48,182 bases of DNA, taken from the NCBI GenBank assembly GCA_048940645.1, contig JBHLOI010000027.1, positions 1 through 48,182 of the forward strand. The letters are read 5' to 3'. The first letter of the stretch is position 1, and every line of letters begins with the position of its first letter. This DNA is from Promethearchaeota archaeon. Its GTDB lineage: Archaea; Asgardarchaeota; Lokiarchaeia; Sigyniarchaeales; SOKP01. The position numbers and the translations under genes are program-made. The notes beneath the pieces are model-generated. The model did not search any database and was not told the DNA's origin. It saw only the letters and a list, made by a program, of their open reading frames with translations. This document shows, one piece after another, positions 19,505 through 28,593 of this stretch.

Positions 19505-20872
19505 ATGGTACTTGAAAAATTAGGACGCTCCTTAGATCAAGCATTAAGAAAGATAAGAAGATTACCGTTGGTTGATAAGAATGCAATTAATGCGTTAATC
19601 ACAGATTTACAGAGAAGTTTGCTGAGTGCAGATGTAAAAGTCGAATTAGTATTCGAAATGACTGAAAATATTAAAAAACAAGCTATGGACACTCATCTCA
19701 CAAAAGCAAAACGGAAGGAATATGTTATTACATTAGTACATAATGAATTAATAAAAACATTAGGCGGAAAACCTGCACCAATTAGAATTAAACCTGGAAA
19801 AAGTAATGTAATTCTACTTGTGGGAATACAAGGATCTGGGAAAACAACTACAGTAGCAAAATTATCAAGGTTTTATAAAAACAAGGGTTATAAAGTGGCA
19901 GCTGTTACAACAGACACATATAGACCTGGAGCATATGAACAACTTGTTCAATTAACAGATCAGATTGGAGTTAAATGCTACGGTAATCCAAATGAGAAAA
20001 ATGCTATTAAAATTGCTATTAGAGAAACAAAAAGAGCGATAAATGAAGGGAATGACATTATTATTGTTGATACTGCTGGACGCCATAAGGAGGAAAAAGA
20101 ATTAATGAAAGAAATGTCACAGATTGAACAATCATTAAAACCAAATGAAGTGATTTTAGTAATTGATGGAACTTTAGGTCAACAAGCTTATTCCCAGGCA
20201 GAAGAATTTGCTAAAACTACAAAAATAGGAAGTATAATAGTAACTAAATTAGATGGAACTGCTAAAGGTGGTGGCGCTCTTTCTGCGTGTTCCGCCACAA
20301 ATCAGCCTATAAGATTTATAGGTGTAGGTGAAAAAATAGATGATTTCGAAGAATTTGATGCAACATCCTTCGTTGGAACTTTATTGGGTATCCCTGACTT
20401 AGAAAGTTTAGTAAAAAGGGTTCAAGAAGCAGAGGTTGAAATAGATCCAGAAATGGCCAAAAGGATGATGCGGGGAAAGTTTACTCTTGATGATTTATAT
20501 TATCAACTTAAATCAATAAAAAAAGTAGGCAAGATGAAACAAATTTTAGCAATGGTCGGAGGAGGAAATATTCCCGATGCGTTAAAAGATGATGCTGAGA
20601 GAAATTTAGAAAGATGGGAAGTTCTTTTAAATTCCATGACAACAGAAGAAAAAGAAAATCCAAAGATAATTAAAAAAACAAGAAAACGTCGAATAGCAAT
20701 AGGCAGTGGTACAGATTACTCTGTAATTAATCGGATGCTAGATCAATATAATCAAATGAAAAAATTTATGAAGCGATTTTTACAGTTACAAAAGAAAGGG
20801 AAAAGCTTTCCTGGAATGGGTAAAATAGATCCTTCTTTCTTTAGTAAATTAGGGAAAGATTTTAAGTTCTAA
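19505..20872 (+). CDS. srp54: Signal recognition particle protein SRP54
   Basis: [27 protein letters not shown], Met-rich M domain with RRIAIGSG. Confidence 0.97.
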   Translation: MVLEKLGRSLDQALRKIRRLPLVDKNAINALITDLQRSLLSADVKVELVFEMTENIKKQAMDTHLTKAKRKEYVITLVHNELIKTLGGKPAPIRIKPGKSNVILLVGIQGSGKTTTVAKLSRFYKNKGYKVAAVTTDTYRPGAYEQLVQLTDQIGVKCYGNPNEKNAIKIAIRETKRAINEGNDIIIVDTAGRHKEEKELMKEMSQIEQSLKPNEVILVIDGTLGQQAYSQAEEFAKTTKIGSIIVTKLDGTAKGGGALSACSATNQPIRFIGVGEKIDDFEEFDATSFVGTLLGIPDLESLVKRVQEAEVEIDPEMAKRMMRGKFTLDDLYYQLKSIKKVGKMKQILAMVGGGNIPDALKDDAERNLERWEVLLNSMTTEEKENPKIIKKTRKRRIAIGSGTDYSVINRMLDQYNQMKKFMKRFLQLQKKGKSFPGMGKIDPSFFSKLGKDFKF

Positions 20873-20887
20873 AAATTAATATACTAT

Positions 20888-21529
20888 TTGATAAATTTGG
20901 TTAATTTTTTATTATTGATTGAAGATATTCCTTATTACTCTAAGAAAGATATCGACTGTGGATTAACTCCTCTTGAGATTTATAGATTATGTTCGACTAT
21001 AAGAGAAGCTTTTTGTCTTTCTTTTTCAATTAGAAAACAAAATAATTTGATTTTATTTTTTTACAAAACTTTAAGTTTAATAAAATTTCAAGGAAATAAA
21101 TTAAGATTCTTAGGCTCAGATGAAAGATCTCAAGCATTACTCTTAAATAAAGCAATAATGAAACTTTATGAAATTAAAATTAATCTTAAATGGATTAAAT
21201 CTACTCCTGGAATTATTGTAAAAAAGTTAGCAGATTTTCAAGAAGGTCTTCAATTTATAAAGGAGATAAGTCAAAATAAAATAATTATAGTAAATGGTTA
21301 CTATAAGAGTCAAATTTCATTAAAACTTAAAGAATTTATAAATTTAGAATCACTAAATGAATACCTTTATATTTTACAAATTTTCCTCAACGAATCGAAA
21401 GCTTCTGATTTTATTGGTTTAATAAAAAAAAAGATTGATTTAAAATTTCTAGTGCTTCCCAAAGTAAAACTTATTGAAGATAAAATTTTATTTATTAATT
21501 TTATTATAGATCAACAACTCACATCCTGA
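20888..21529 (+). CDS. TrmY-like SPOUT-family protein, divergent
   Basis: LCSTIREAFCLSFSIR, LRFLGSDERS and STPGI resemble TrmY; the C-terminal SAM-binding knot is poorly conserved. Confidence 0.6.
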   Translation: MINLVNFLLLIEDIPYYSKKDIDCGLTPLEIYRLCSTIREAFCLSFSIRKQNNLILFFYKTLSLIKFQGNKLRFLGSDERSQALLLNKAIMKLYEIKINLKWIKSTPGIIVKKLADFQEGLQFIKEISQNKIIIVNGYYKSQISLKLKEFINLESLNEYLYILQIFLNESKASDFIGLIKKKIDLKFLVLPKVKLIEDKILFINFIIDQQLTS

Positions 21530-21542
21530 AATAATTTTAGAA

Positions 21543-22949
21543 ATGATTTTAAAAAACGTTAAAATTTATACAAATGGAGAATTCCGTGAAGCTATTTTAT
21601 TAATTCAAAATGAAATTATTGATTCAATATTTTTTGAGCCATCTAATAATAGTCTAAATACGCTTAGGGATAAAAACAACGATAGTATTGAAATTGATTG
21701 TGGTCAAAGACTGATTTTACCTGGTATCATTGATATTCATTCTCATTTAAGGGATATGGGACAGATTGATAAAGAAACGTTTAGAACTGGAACAAAAGCA
21801 GCAGCTTTTTCAGGTATCACAACAGCTTTTAATATGCCCAATACAATTCCTCCTGCCACAACCTCAGATCGGGTAAAAAATTGGATGAATAAAGCTAAAA
21901 ATAATATTTACATAGATATAGGATTTATAGCAGGCGTACCTGAAGGAATTAACGAGGAAGAAATAAAAAGAATTATTGAATTAGGAGTTATAGGCTTTAA
22001 AATCTATCCATTGAAACCATTAGCAGAGAATGATTGGACTAATCAATCGAATATACAAAAATTAATTAAACTTTCTTCAAAGCTTCAATTTCCTATTTTT
22101 ATTCATCCTGATTGGCCTTCTTCAAATACATATAAAGAGAAATTACGTCAAATTAATAATCAAAAAGGAAATTTATTAAAAATTCATAATAAATTCCATT
22201 CAAATAAACATGAAGCTAAATTTATTAGTTTTATTTTAGATAACTGCTATGAAGTGGTTAAAAAATTTAAGTTACAACCAGAAAAATACCCAATTATTCA
22301 TTTCTGTCATATTAGTTGTAAAGAAAGCATTAAAGAATTGAAAAATTTTTCTATTAATTATAGTGATTATGCTTCTATTATCACTTTTGAAGTTACTCCG
22401 CATCATATATTATTAAATTATGATATTAATTTAGAAAATCCAGGGTATGGCAAGGTTCTACCTCCTTTACGACGTAAATCCCATTCCAAATTTTTATTTG
22501 ATCAATTAAAAAAAGGAAATATAAAGTTTATTGGAACTGATCACGCACCACATACAATTGAAGAAAAAATGCTCCCATTTTTTGAAGCCCCCTCTGGATT
22601 TCCTGGATTTGAAACTTATCTATTTTTATTGTTAGATAAAGTTTTTCGGAATCGATTGCAACTAAGAAATTTGGTTGAAGCAGTGGCAGAAAATCCCGCT
22701 AAAAGATTCAATTTGAACCGGAGAGGTTTTATTAAAGAAAATTATTTTGCTGATTTAATCATTGTTGAAAAGACAGAAGATTACCCTATAAATTCTCAGA
22801 AGTTTAAAAGTAAAGCAAAATATACTCCATTTGAAAATTCTGATTATTCTAATCGATTAACCTCAGCTAAGATTTGGAAAGTATTTTTAAGAGGTAAAGA
22901 GATCAATGTTAAAAATAATCATCCAACCGGTAAAATAATTAGAATGTAA
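21543..22949 (+). CDS. pyrC: Dihydroorotase (amidohydrolase family)
   Basis: PGIIDIHSHLR, MPNTIPP, HFCHIS, EVTPHH, PPLR, GTDHAPH. Confidence 0.88.
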   Translation: MILKNVKIYTNGEFREAILLIQNEIIDSIFFEPSNNSLNTLRDKNNDSIEIDCGQRLILPGIIDIHSHLRDMGQIDKETFRTGTKAAAFSGITTAFNMPNTIPPATTSDRVKNWMNKAKNNIYIDIGFIAGVPEGINEEEIKRIIELGVIGFKIYPLKPLAENDWTNQSNIQKLIKLSSKLQFPIFIHPDWPSSNTYKEKLRQINNQKGNLLKIHNKFHSNKHEAKFISFILDNCYEVVKKFKLQPEKYPIIHFCHISCKESIKELKNFSINYSDYASIITFEVTPHHILLNYDINLENPGYGKVLPPLRRKSHSKFLFDQLKKGNIKFIGTDHAPHTIEEKMLPFFEAPSGFPGFETYLFLLLDKVFRNRLQLRNLVEAVAENPAKRFNLNRRGFIKENYFADLIIVEKTEDYPINSQKFKSKAKYTPFENSDYSNRLTSAKIWKVFLRGKEINVKNNHPTGKIIRM

Positions 22950-23005
22950 ACTATAAATGAATATAGACATATTATTAATATAAAAATTGAAGTTTAAAAG
23001 AAGAT

Positions 23006-23641
23006 ATGTCAAAGGATGAGATTTTTAGTTTAGATGATGGTAAACAGCTAATAAAGTTCGCAAGAGAAAATATTGAGTATTATTTAGTAAACAATAGAAA
23101 ATTACCCATACCAGATGACATTAGAAATAAATATTCAGATAAATACGGAGCGTTTATAACCTTGAATAGATATAATGTCTCGGGTAATCCATTAAGAGGT
23201 TGTATTGGCTATATTGAACCAACTTATCCTTTATATGATGTAATACATAAAGTTTCAATTAGTTCTGCTTTAGAGGATCCACGTTTTCCATCTGTTACGA
23301 TTGAAGAAATGGATAATATTGTGATAGAACTTTCTATATTAACACCTCCAGAATTGATTAAGGTCGATGATAAAAAAGAATTCTTCAATAAAATAGTTAT
23401 TGGAAGAGATGGATTGATTGCAGAAAGAGGAATGAGACGTGGCTTACTTCTACCTCAAGTACCTGTTGAACATGGGAGAAATTGGGACGTAGAAACATTT
23501 TTAACTCATACATGTAATAAAGCATGGTTACCAGATGATGCATGGAAAGAAGAAAATACTAAAATTTATTCTTTTCAAGCAATATTATTTGAGGAAAAAA
23601 AGCCAAGAGGAGAAGTAGAAAGAAAATATCTAAAACCTTAA
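23006..23641 (+). CDS. AMMECR1-domain protein (AmmeMemoRadiSam protein A)
   Basis: LRGCIG, DPRF, ELSILTPP, GLLLPQV. Confidence 0.93.
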   Translation: MSKDEIFSLDDGKQLIKFARENIEYYLVNNRKLPIPDDIRNKYSDKYGAFITLNRYNVSGNPLRGCIGYIEPTYPLYDVIHKVSISSALEDPRFPSVTIEEMDNIVIELSILTPPELIKVDDKKEFFNKIVIGRDGLIAERGMRRGLLLPQVPVEHGRNWDVETFLTHTCNKAWLPDDAWKEENTKIYSFQAILFEEKKPRGEVERKYLKP

Positions 23642-23681
23642 TTAAATACGAAATTTATAAAGCCGGGATTTAGGAAAAGTT

Positions 23682-25187
23682 ATGGAAAATGTAATTTTAG
23701 CAGTTGATATTTCTTCAAATTCAGTTAAAGTTGCCATGGTATCAGATGCTTTAACTTTAAATTCAGTTATAATCCAACCATATAAAATAATCAATGAGGA
23801 TATTGATGGTCTTGCTAGAAGATTTGATATGGATGAATTATGGAATAAAGTTTTAACTGGAATTCAACTAATTTTGCAGGATTATAGATCTAAGGAATAT
23901 AATATTATTGGAATATCAAGTTGTGCCCAAAGGATAGCAACTGTATTTCTGGATAATAGAGGGAAAGAGATCTATGGAGGTCCAAACACAGATGTTCGTG
24001 GTATAGACGCTGGATATCTCATTGATGAGGAATTTACCGATAAAGAATTATTTGAGATAACAGGCCATAGTCCTTCATTATTATTTTGCCTAGCTCGCTT
24101 ATTATGGTTTAAAGAAGAAGATGAAGAAAGTTATAATAAAATTGATAAGGTATTAATGCTCGATGATTGGTTAGTTTACCGTTTTTCAGGAGAGTTTTGT
24201 ACAGATTTATCAACAGCAGCGGAATCTCAAGTATTAAACATAAAGAAAGGTGAATGGAGTACAGATATCATCCAAACCTTTGATTTTAATCCAGAATTCT
24301 TTCCTAAAATTGTAGAATCTGGATCAATAATTGGTGAGTTAAAAACTGAGCTAATAAAGAGGTTTAATTTAAAACAAAAAGAAATACCTATAATTAAGAC
24401 TGGTGGAGATACACAAGCTTCTTTATTAGGAATGGGTGCTATAGAAGAGGGAGACATAGGAATTAGCTTAGGGACAACATCGCCGCTTCAATTAGTAGTA
24501 AATAAACCAATAATTGATCCTTATTGTAATTATTGGACTTCATGTCATTCACTTAATAATAAATGGGTAATTGAAGCTCATGCGGGTAATACTGGAGCAA
24601 GCTATAATTGGTTTAAAGAAGCTTTTTTAAAAGGTATAACAGATGATATGGATGTTTTAATTGAGTCATATTTGAGAAAAACTGAACCAGGAGCTTTTTC
24701 AACTTATGCTTATCTAGGACCTGAGAAAATGAATATCAAAAATCAAACATCAATTAAAAGAGGCGCCTTTATATTTCCACCACCTTCTATGATTTCAGAA
24801 AAAGTACCAAAGCTTGAAGATTTTGCTAGAGGTGTTATTGAAAATATTGCTTTTGGTATTTATGAAAATCATCAAGTGTTAAATGCATTAATTGATTTTA
24901 AGACAAAAACATATTGTGCTGGTGGAATGGCCAAATCAAATGAATTTTGCAACATTTTAACCAACGTTTTGAATACTAAAATAACAAGTCCTCATATTAA
25001 AGAATCTTCCTTCATAGGAATTAGTCTAAATGTATTAAAAGGGTTAGAATATTATCCCGACTATAAAAGCATTATAACTGAATTAATAAAATTTGAAAAT
25101 TTTAATCCTACCTCGTCAATCTCACAGAGTTATAAAAATATATATAAGCAGTGGAAATATTTTAAACAAAAAATTGATGTATTATAA
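23682..25187 (+). CDS. FGGY-family carbohydrate kinase, divergent
   Basis: AVDISSNSVK, CAQR, LARLLWFKE, GGDTQ, GTT, AGGMAKS. Confidence 0.85.
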   Translation: MENVILAVDISSNSVKVAMVSDALTLNSVIIQPYKIINEDIDGLARRFDMDELWNKVLTGIQLILQDYRSKEYNIIGISSCAQRIATVFLDNRGKEIYGGPNTDVRGIDAGYLIDEEFTDKELFEITGHSPSLLFCLARLLWFKEEDEESYNKIDKVLMLDDWLVYRFSGEFCTDLSTAAESQVLNIKKGEWSTDIIQTFDFNPEFFPKIVESGSIIGELKTELIKRFNLKQKEIPIIKTGGDTQASLLGMGAIEEGDIGISLGTTSPLQLVVNKPIIDPYCNYWTSCHSLNNKWVIEAHAGNTGASYNWFKEAFLKGITDDMDVLIESYLRKTEPGAFSTYAYLGPEKMNIKNQTSIKRGAFIFPPPSMISEKVPKLEDFARGVIENIAFGIYENHQVLNALIDFKTKTYCAGGMAKSNEFCNILTNVLNTKITSPHIKESSFIGISLNVLKGLEYYPDYKSIITELIKFENFNPTSSISQSYKNIYKQWKYFKQKIDVL

Positions 25188-25191
25188 ACTA

Positions 25192-25986
25192 TTAACTTTG
25201 AATAAATGATTCTAAATCATGACCTTTTTCCCAATACCACCTAAAAAGTTGTTTTAACCAATTTATAAAAAGTTCACTCGAATCAAATAAACACTGACTA
25301 TAATCAATTTTATCCTTTTTGCTTAGAAATAAAATGCCTCCTTTATCAGATACTAGAAGTGAGAGCGCCACTTTATTTAAAACTCGAACATTTTTGAATG
25401 CATTGATTTTGTTATAAAAAGCGTGTCTATCTTTAAATATCTTCCCGACTTTTACAGAATTCAATAAAATTTTTTGTTCAATTAATGTTTTTACCTCGAA
25501 CAATTCATTTTTACTTTTTTTTTCAATAATGGGAATAATTGATTCTTGAAATTGATCTGATATGGCCATAATAAACTTCTCAGAATTTTTCACTAAATCT
25601 GCCCATATTTGAACGTTATTCATAGTTTGATTACCAAATTTTAAATTCTTTAACTTGCCAATTTGTACAATAAATTGAATAGGTAGCGCATCAACATCAT
25701 GAATATTAAAAAATTCTTGATAGTTCAGAGCCATTTCGAATGTTTTTAAGATTTTGTAAAAAATCTTACCTATTCCAGATATTGAATACACATTTCCTTC
25801 TTTATAGATTAAACCCTTTTTGTACAAACGCCTTAGATGGCGTGAAATCTCAGGGCCAGGTATCTTTAATTCTCTTTCAAGCTGGCTATGTCTTTTTTCT
25901 TCATGATATAAACTTTTAAAGACGCGATATCTTCCCTCATTGGTAAATTCAACTAAAACTCTATTGAGATTCAAGATTAAAACCAA
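25192..25986 (-). CDS. ArsR-like winged-helix regulator with C-terminal effector domain
   Basis: N-terminal HTH (PEISRHLRRLYKKGLI) and C-terminal WLKQLFRWYWE typical of archaeal DUF1724-type regulators. Confidence 0.8.
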   Translation of the reverse strand: MVLILNLNRVLVEFTNEGRYRVFKSLYHEEKRHSQLERELKIPGPEISRHLRRLYKKGLIYKEGNVYSISGIGKIFYKILKTFEMALNYQEFFNIHDVDALPIQFIVQIGKLKNLKFGNQTMNNVQIWADLVKNSEKFIMAISDQFQESIIPIIEKKSKNELFEVKTLIEQKILLNSVKVGKIFKDRHAFYNKINAFKNVRVLNKVALSLLVSDKGGILFLSKKDKIDYSQCLFDSSELFINWLKQLFRWYWEKGHDLESFIQS

Positions 25987-26200
25987 ATTGTTGGTGAAAT
26001 TAAATAATTTTAAAAAATTTTTATTTATTATAATATAAAGATTTGTTTAAAATAATTAGTATGTATTAAAATCAATTTATATTTATTAAAAGGGATTATA
26101 ATAAATACATAAAATATCTACGATTTCTTTAAATCCATTTAATTTCTATTAGATCTAAATTAAATTTAATTAAAGTTCAAAATAAAATATTAGAAAAATA

Positions 26201-26560
26201 GTGATACTTTTGACTAATTTTGAAAATATTGAATCCTGTTTAAAGGAAATTGAAAATCGTTATTCTAACAATGAAAAAGTAAGGAAAAAGTTAGCAAAAT
26301 TCAATGAACCCATTCAAATAACATTTATTGATACAAATAGAAAAGTACTAATTCTAATTAACTTTGATCAAGGAATTAATATTAAAGATAATACTGGAGA
26401 TGATGGAGCTACAGTTAAAATTGATTTTTCAGCAGAACAGGATATGTTAGACTTGTTCAATAAAGAGCTTGGTGCAGTAAAAGCTTATTCAAGTGGAAAA
26501 ATAAAAATCATTGAGGGAAATATTAGGAACTTAATGAAGCTAAAAAGTTTGATGTTCTAA
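26201..26560 (+). CDS. SCP2 sterol/lipid-binding domain protein (start likely TTG 26210)
   Basis: LFNKELGAVKAYSSGKIKIIEG matches the SCP2 C-terminal motif. Confidence 0.75.
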   Translation: MILLTNFENIESCLKEIENRYSNNEKVRKKLAKFNEPIQITFIDTNRKVLILINFDQGINIKDNTGDDGATVKIDFSAEQDMLDLFNKELGAVKAYSSGKIKIIEGNIRNLMKLKSLMF

Positions 26561-26637
26561 TCTATATCATTTATCCCAAATAATAAAATTATAGGTTGTA
26601 TTTTAAATAGAATTAATTTTTCAAATTTGAAATTAAA

Positions 26638-28320
26638 ATGAAAGCATTAATCACTGCTAGTATTTCTGATAAAGTCTTAGAGGAATTAGCTACTCATATG
26701 GAAATCACATATGAGAGCTGGAGAGATACAGGAATTATTTATTTGGATGCTAAGGAATTAATTGAAAAATTAAAAGAATATGATATCTTTATAACGGCAG
26801 CAGATGATTTAAAGAAATCAGAATTATTTGATCATACAAATCTAAAATTAATTGTTTCCTGCCGAGGAGATCCATTTAATGTTAATTTAAATGCTGCTAC
26901 AAGAGATAATATTCCTGTAATTTTTACTCCCCTTAGAAATGTGGATGCTGTAGCTGAACTTACTATTGGATTTATGATCTCTTTAGTACGAAATCTATCT
27001 CAATTAAATATGTTTTTACATTCAGAAAAGTTTGAAATCATTGATTTTGAGGACTGGATTCATCACTATAATCGATTTATTGGTATTGAATTATTAAATA
27101 AAACTGTAGGTATTATTGGTTTTGGCCAAATTGGTCGCAGAGTAGCAGAAAGATTAAAATCTTTTGGGGTTAATTTTTTAATTTATGATCCGTTCATACC
27201 GGATGAGATTATTAATGAATTGGGTAAAAAAGTTGACATTAACACTTTAATGAGAAATTCTGATATAATCACAATTCATGCAGCTGCTACAGAAGAAAAT
27301 GATAATTTAATTAACCAAGAACGAATTGGCATGATGAAGAATACCGCATACCTGCTTAATTTAGCTAAGGGTAGCCTTATTGATTATGAAGCGTTATTTA
27401 AAGCATTAAAAGAAAAACAAATTGCTGGAGCTGCTTTAGATGTATTTCCACTTGAGCCAATTGATGAAGATAATGAATTCTTGGAATTAGAGAATGTAAT
27501 TGTCTCTCCGCACATTGGAGGGAATACTAAAGAAGTTATCGAACGCCAATCAAATATGCTTCTTAAAGATATTAAATTATGGTTAAATAATGAAAAACCT
27601 AAACACCTTCTTAATCCTGAGGTTTTTAATGAATCTGAAAATAAAGATAGCCCTCACGATATACAAATAGATAATTTAAAAAGAAAAGTATTAGACACCT
27701 GTAAGAAGCTGTTAGATGATGGACATGTTATTGGTTCTGCTGGAAATGTAAGCGTTAGGGTTAAAAATGATGATGAAGAATTGATTTTAATTACACCTAG
27801 TAACGTTAATTATGATATTATGAAACCTGATGATATCTTATTAATCGATTTTAATGGAAATATTGTTCAAGGCGTAAGAAACCCCTCAGTTGAGAAGCAT
27901 TTACATTTAGGTATATATAAAGCAAGAGAAGATGTTAATGCGATTATTCATTCTCATGGGGTTTACTCTACTATTTTAAGCACTATTAATTTATCATTGC
28001 CTCCAGTTATGGAAGAGCTAATTCCATATCTTGGAGGAGAAATAGCATGTGCCAAATATGAGGAGGCTGGAACAGAAGAGTTAGCTGAAATTGTTTTAGG
28101 TAGTTTAGAAGAAAAAAATGCGGTAATATTAGCTAATCATGGAAATATTTGCTGTGGAAGTCATCTGGAAGGTGCTTATACAGTTTTACAGTATTTAGAA
28201 AGAGGAGCAAAGGTCTATTATCTTGCAAAGCTTATCAAGGAACCTAATTTGTTACCAGAAGACACAATTGATTATGAAAAGGATATATTTGAAATTTTTA
28301 AAGAGTCTAAAAAAATTTAA
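26638..28320 (+). CDS. Fusion: D-isomer 2-hydroxyacid dehydrogenase (SerA-like) + class II aldolase (FucA-like)
   Basis: GIIGFGQIG, ALDVFPLEP, PHIGG; then GNVSVR, ITPS, PSVEKHLH, HSH, LANHG. Confidence 0.9.
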   Translation: MKALITASISDKVLEELATHMEITYESWRDTGIIYLDAKELIEKLKEYDIFITAADDLKKSELFDHTNLKLIVSCRGDPFNVNLNAATRDNIPVIFTPLRNVDAVAELTIGFMISLVRNLSQLNMFLHSEKFEIIDFEDWIHHYNRFIGIELLNKTVGIIGFGQIGRRVAERLKSFGVNFLIYDPFIPDEIINELGKKVDINTLMRNSDIITIHAAATEENDNLINQERIGMMKNTAYLLNLAKGSLIDYEALFKALKEKQIAGAALDVFPLEPIDEDNEFLELENVIVSPHIGGNTKEVIERQSNMLLKDIKLWLNNEKPKHLLNPEVFNESENKDSPHDIQIDNLKRKVLDTCKKLLDDGHVIGSAGNVSVRVKNDDEELILITPSNVNYDIMKPDDILLIDFNGNIVQGVRNPSVEKHLHLGIYKAREDVNAIIHSHGVYSTILSTINLSLPPVMEELIPYLGGEIACAKYEEAGTEELAEIVLGSLEEKNAVILANHGNICCGSHLEGAYTVLQYLERGAKVYYLAKLIKEPNLLPEDTIDYEKDIFEIFKESKKI

Positions 28321-28593
28321 GCTCGTTCATCCTTCATTACCCCCTAATCTACTTAAAGATTAAGATTAAATTTCTTAATAAAAATAATTTTCGAATCTCT
28401 CTTTAAAAATAGTTATCAAATTTATTAAGTTTTGCCGCATAAATAGAAATTAATATAAGAAATTTTTATCACGTATATAGGCAGTTCTTATTCAATTAAG
28501 AGGGAATCGAAGATATAATTCAAGATATAACAATTGATAAAAACAAATTAAACTTAAATTATTACTATAAAAAATTACAAAAAGGCGATAATC

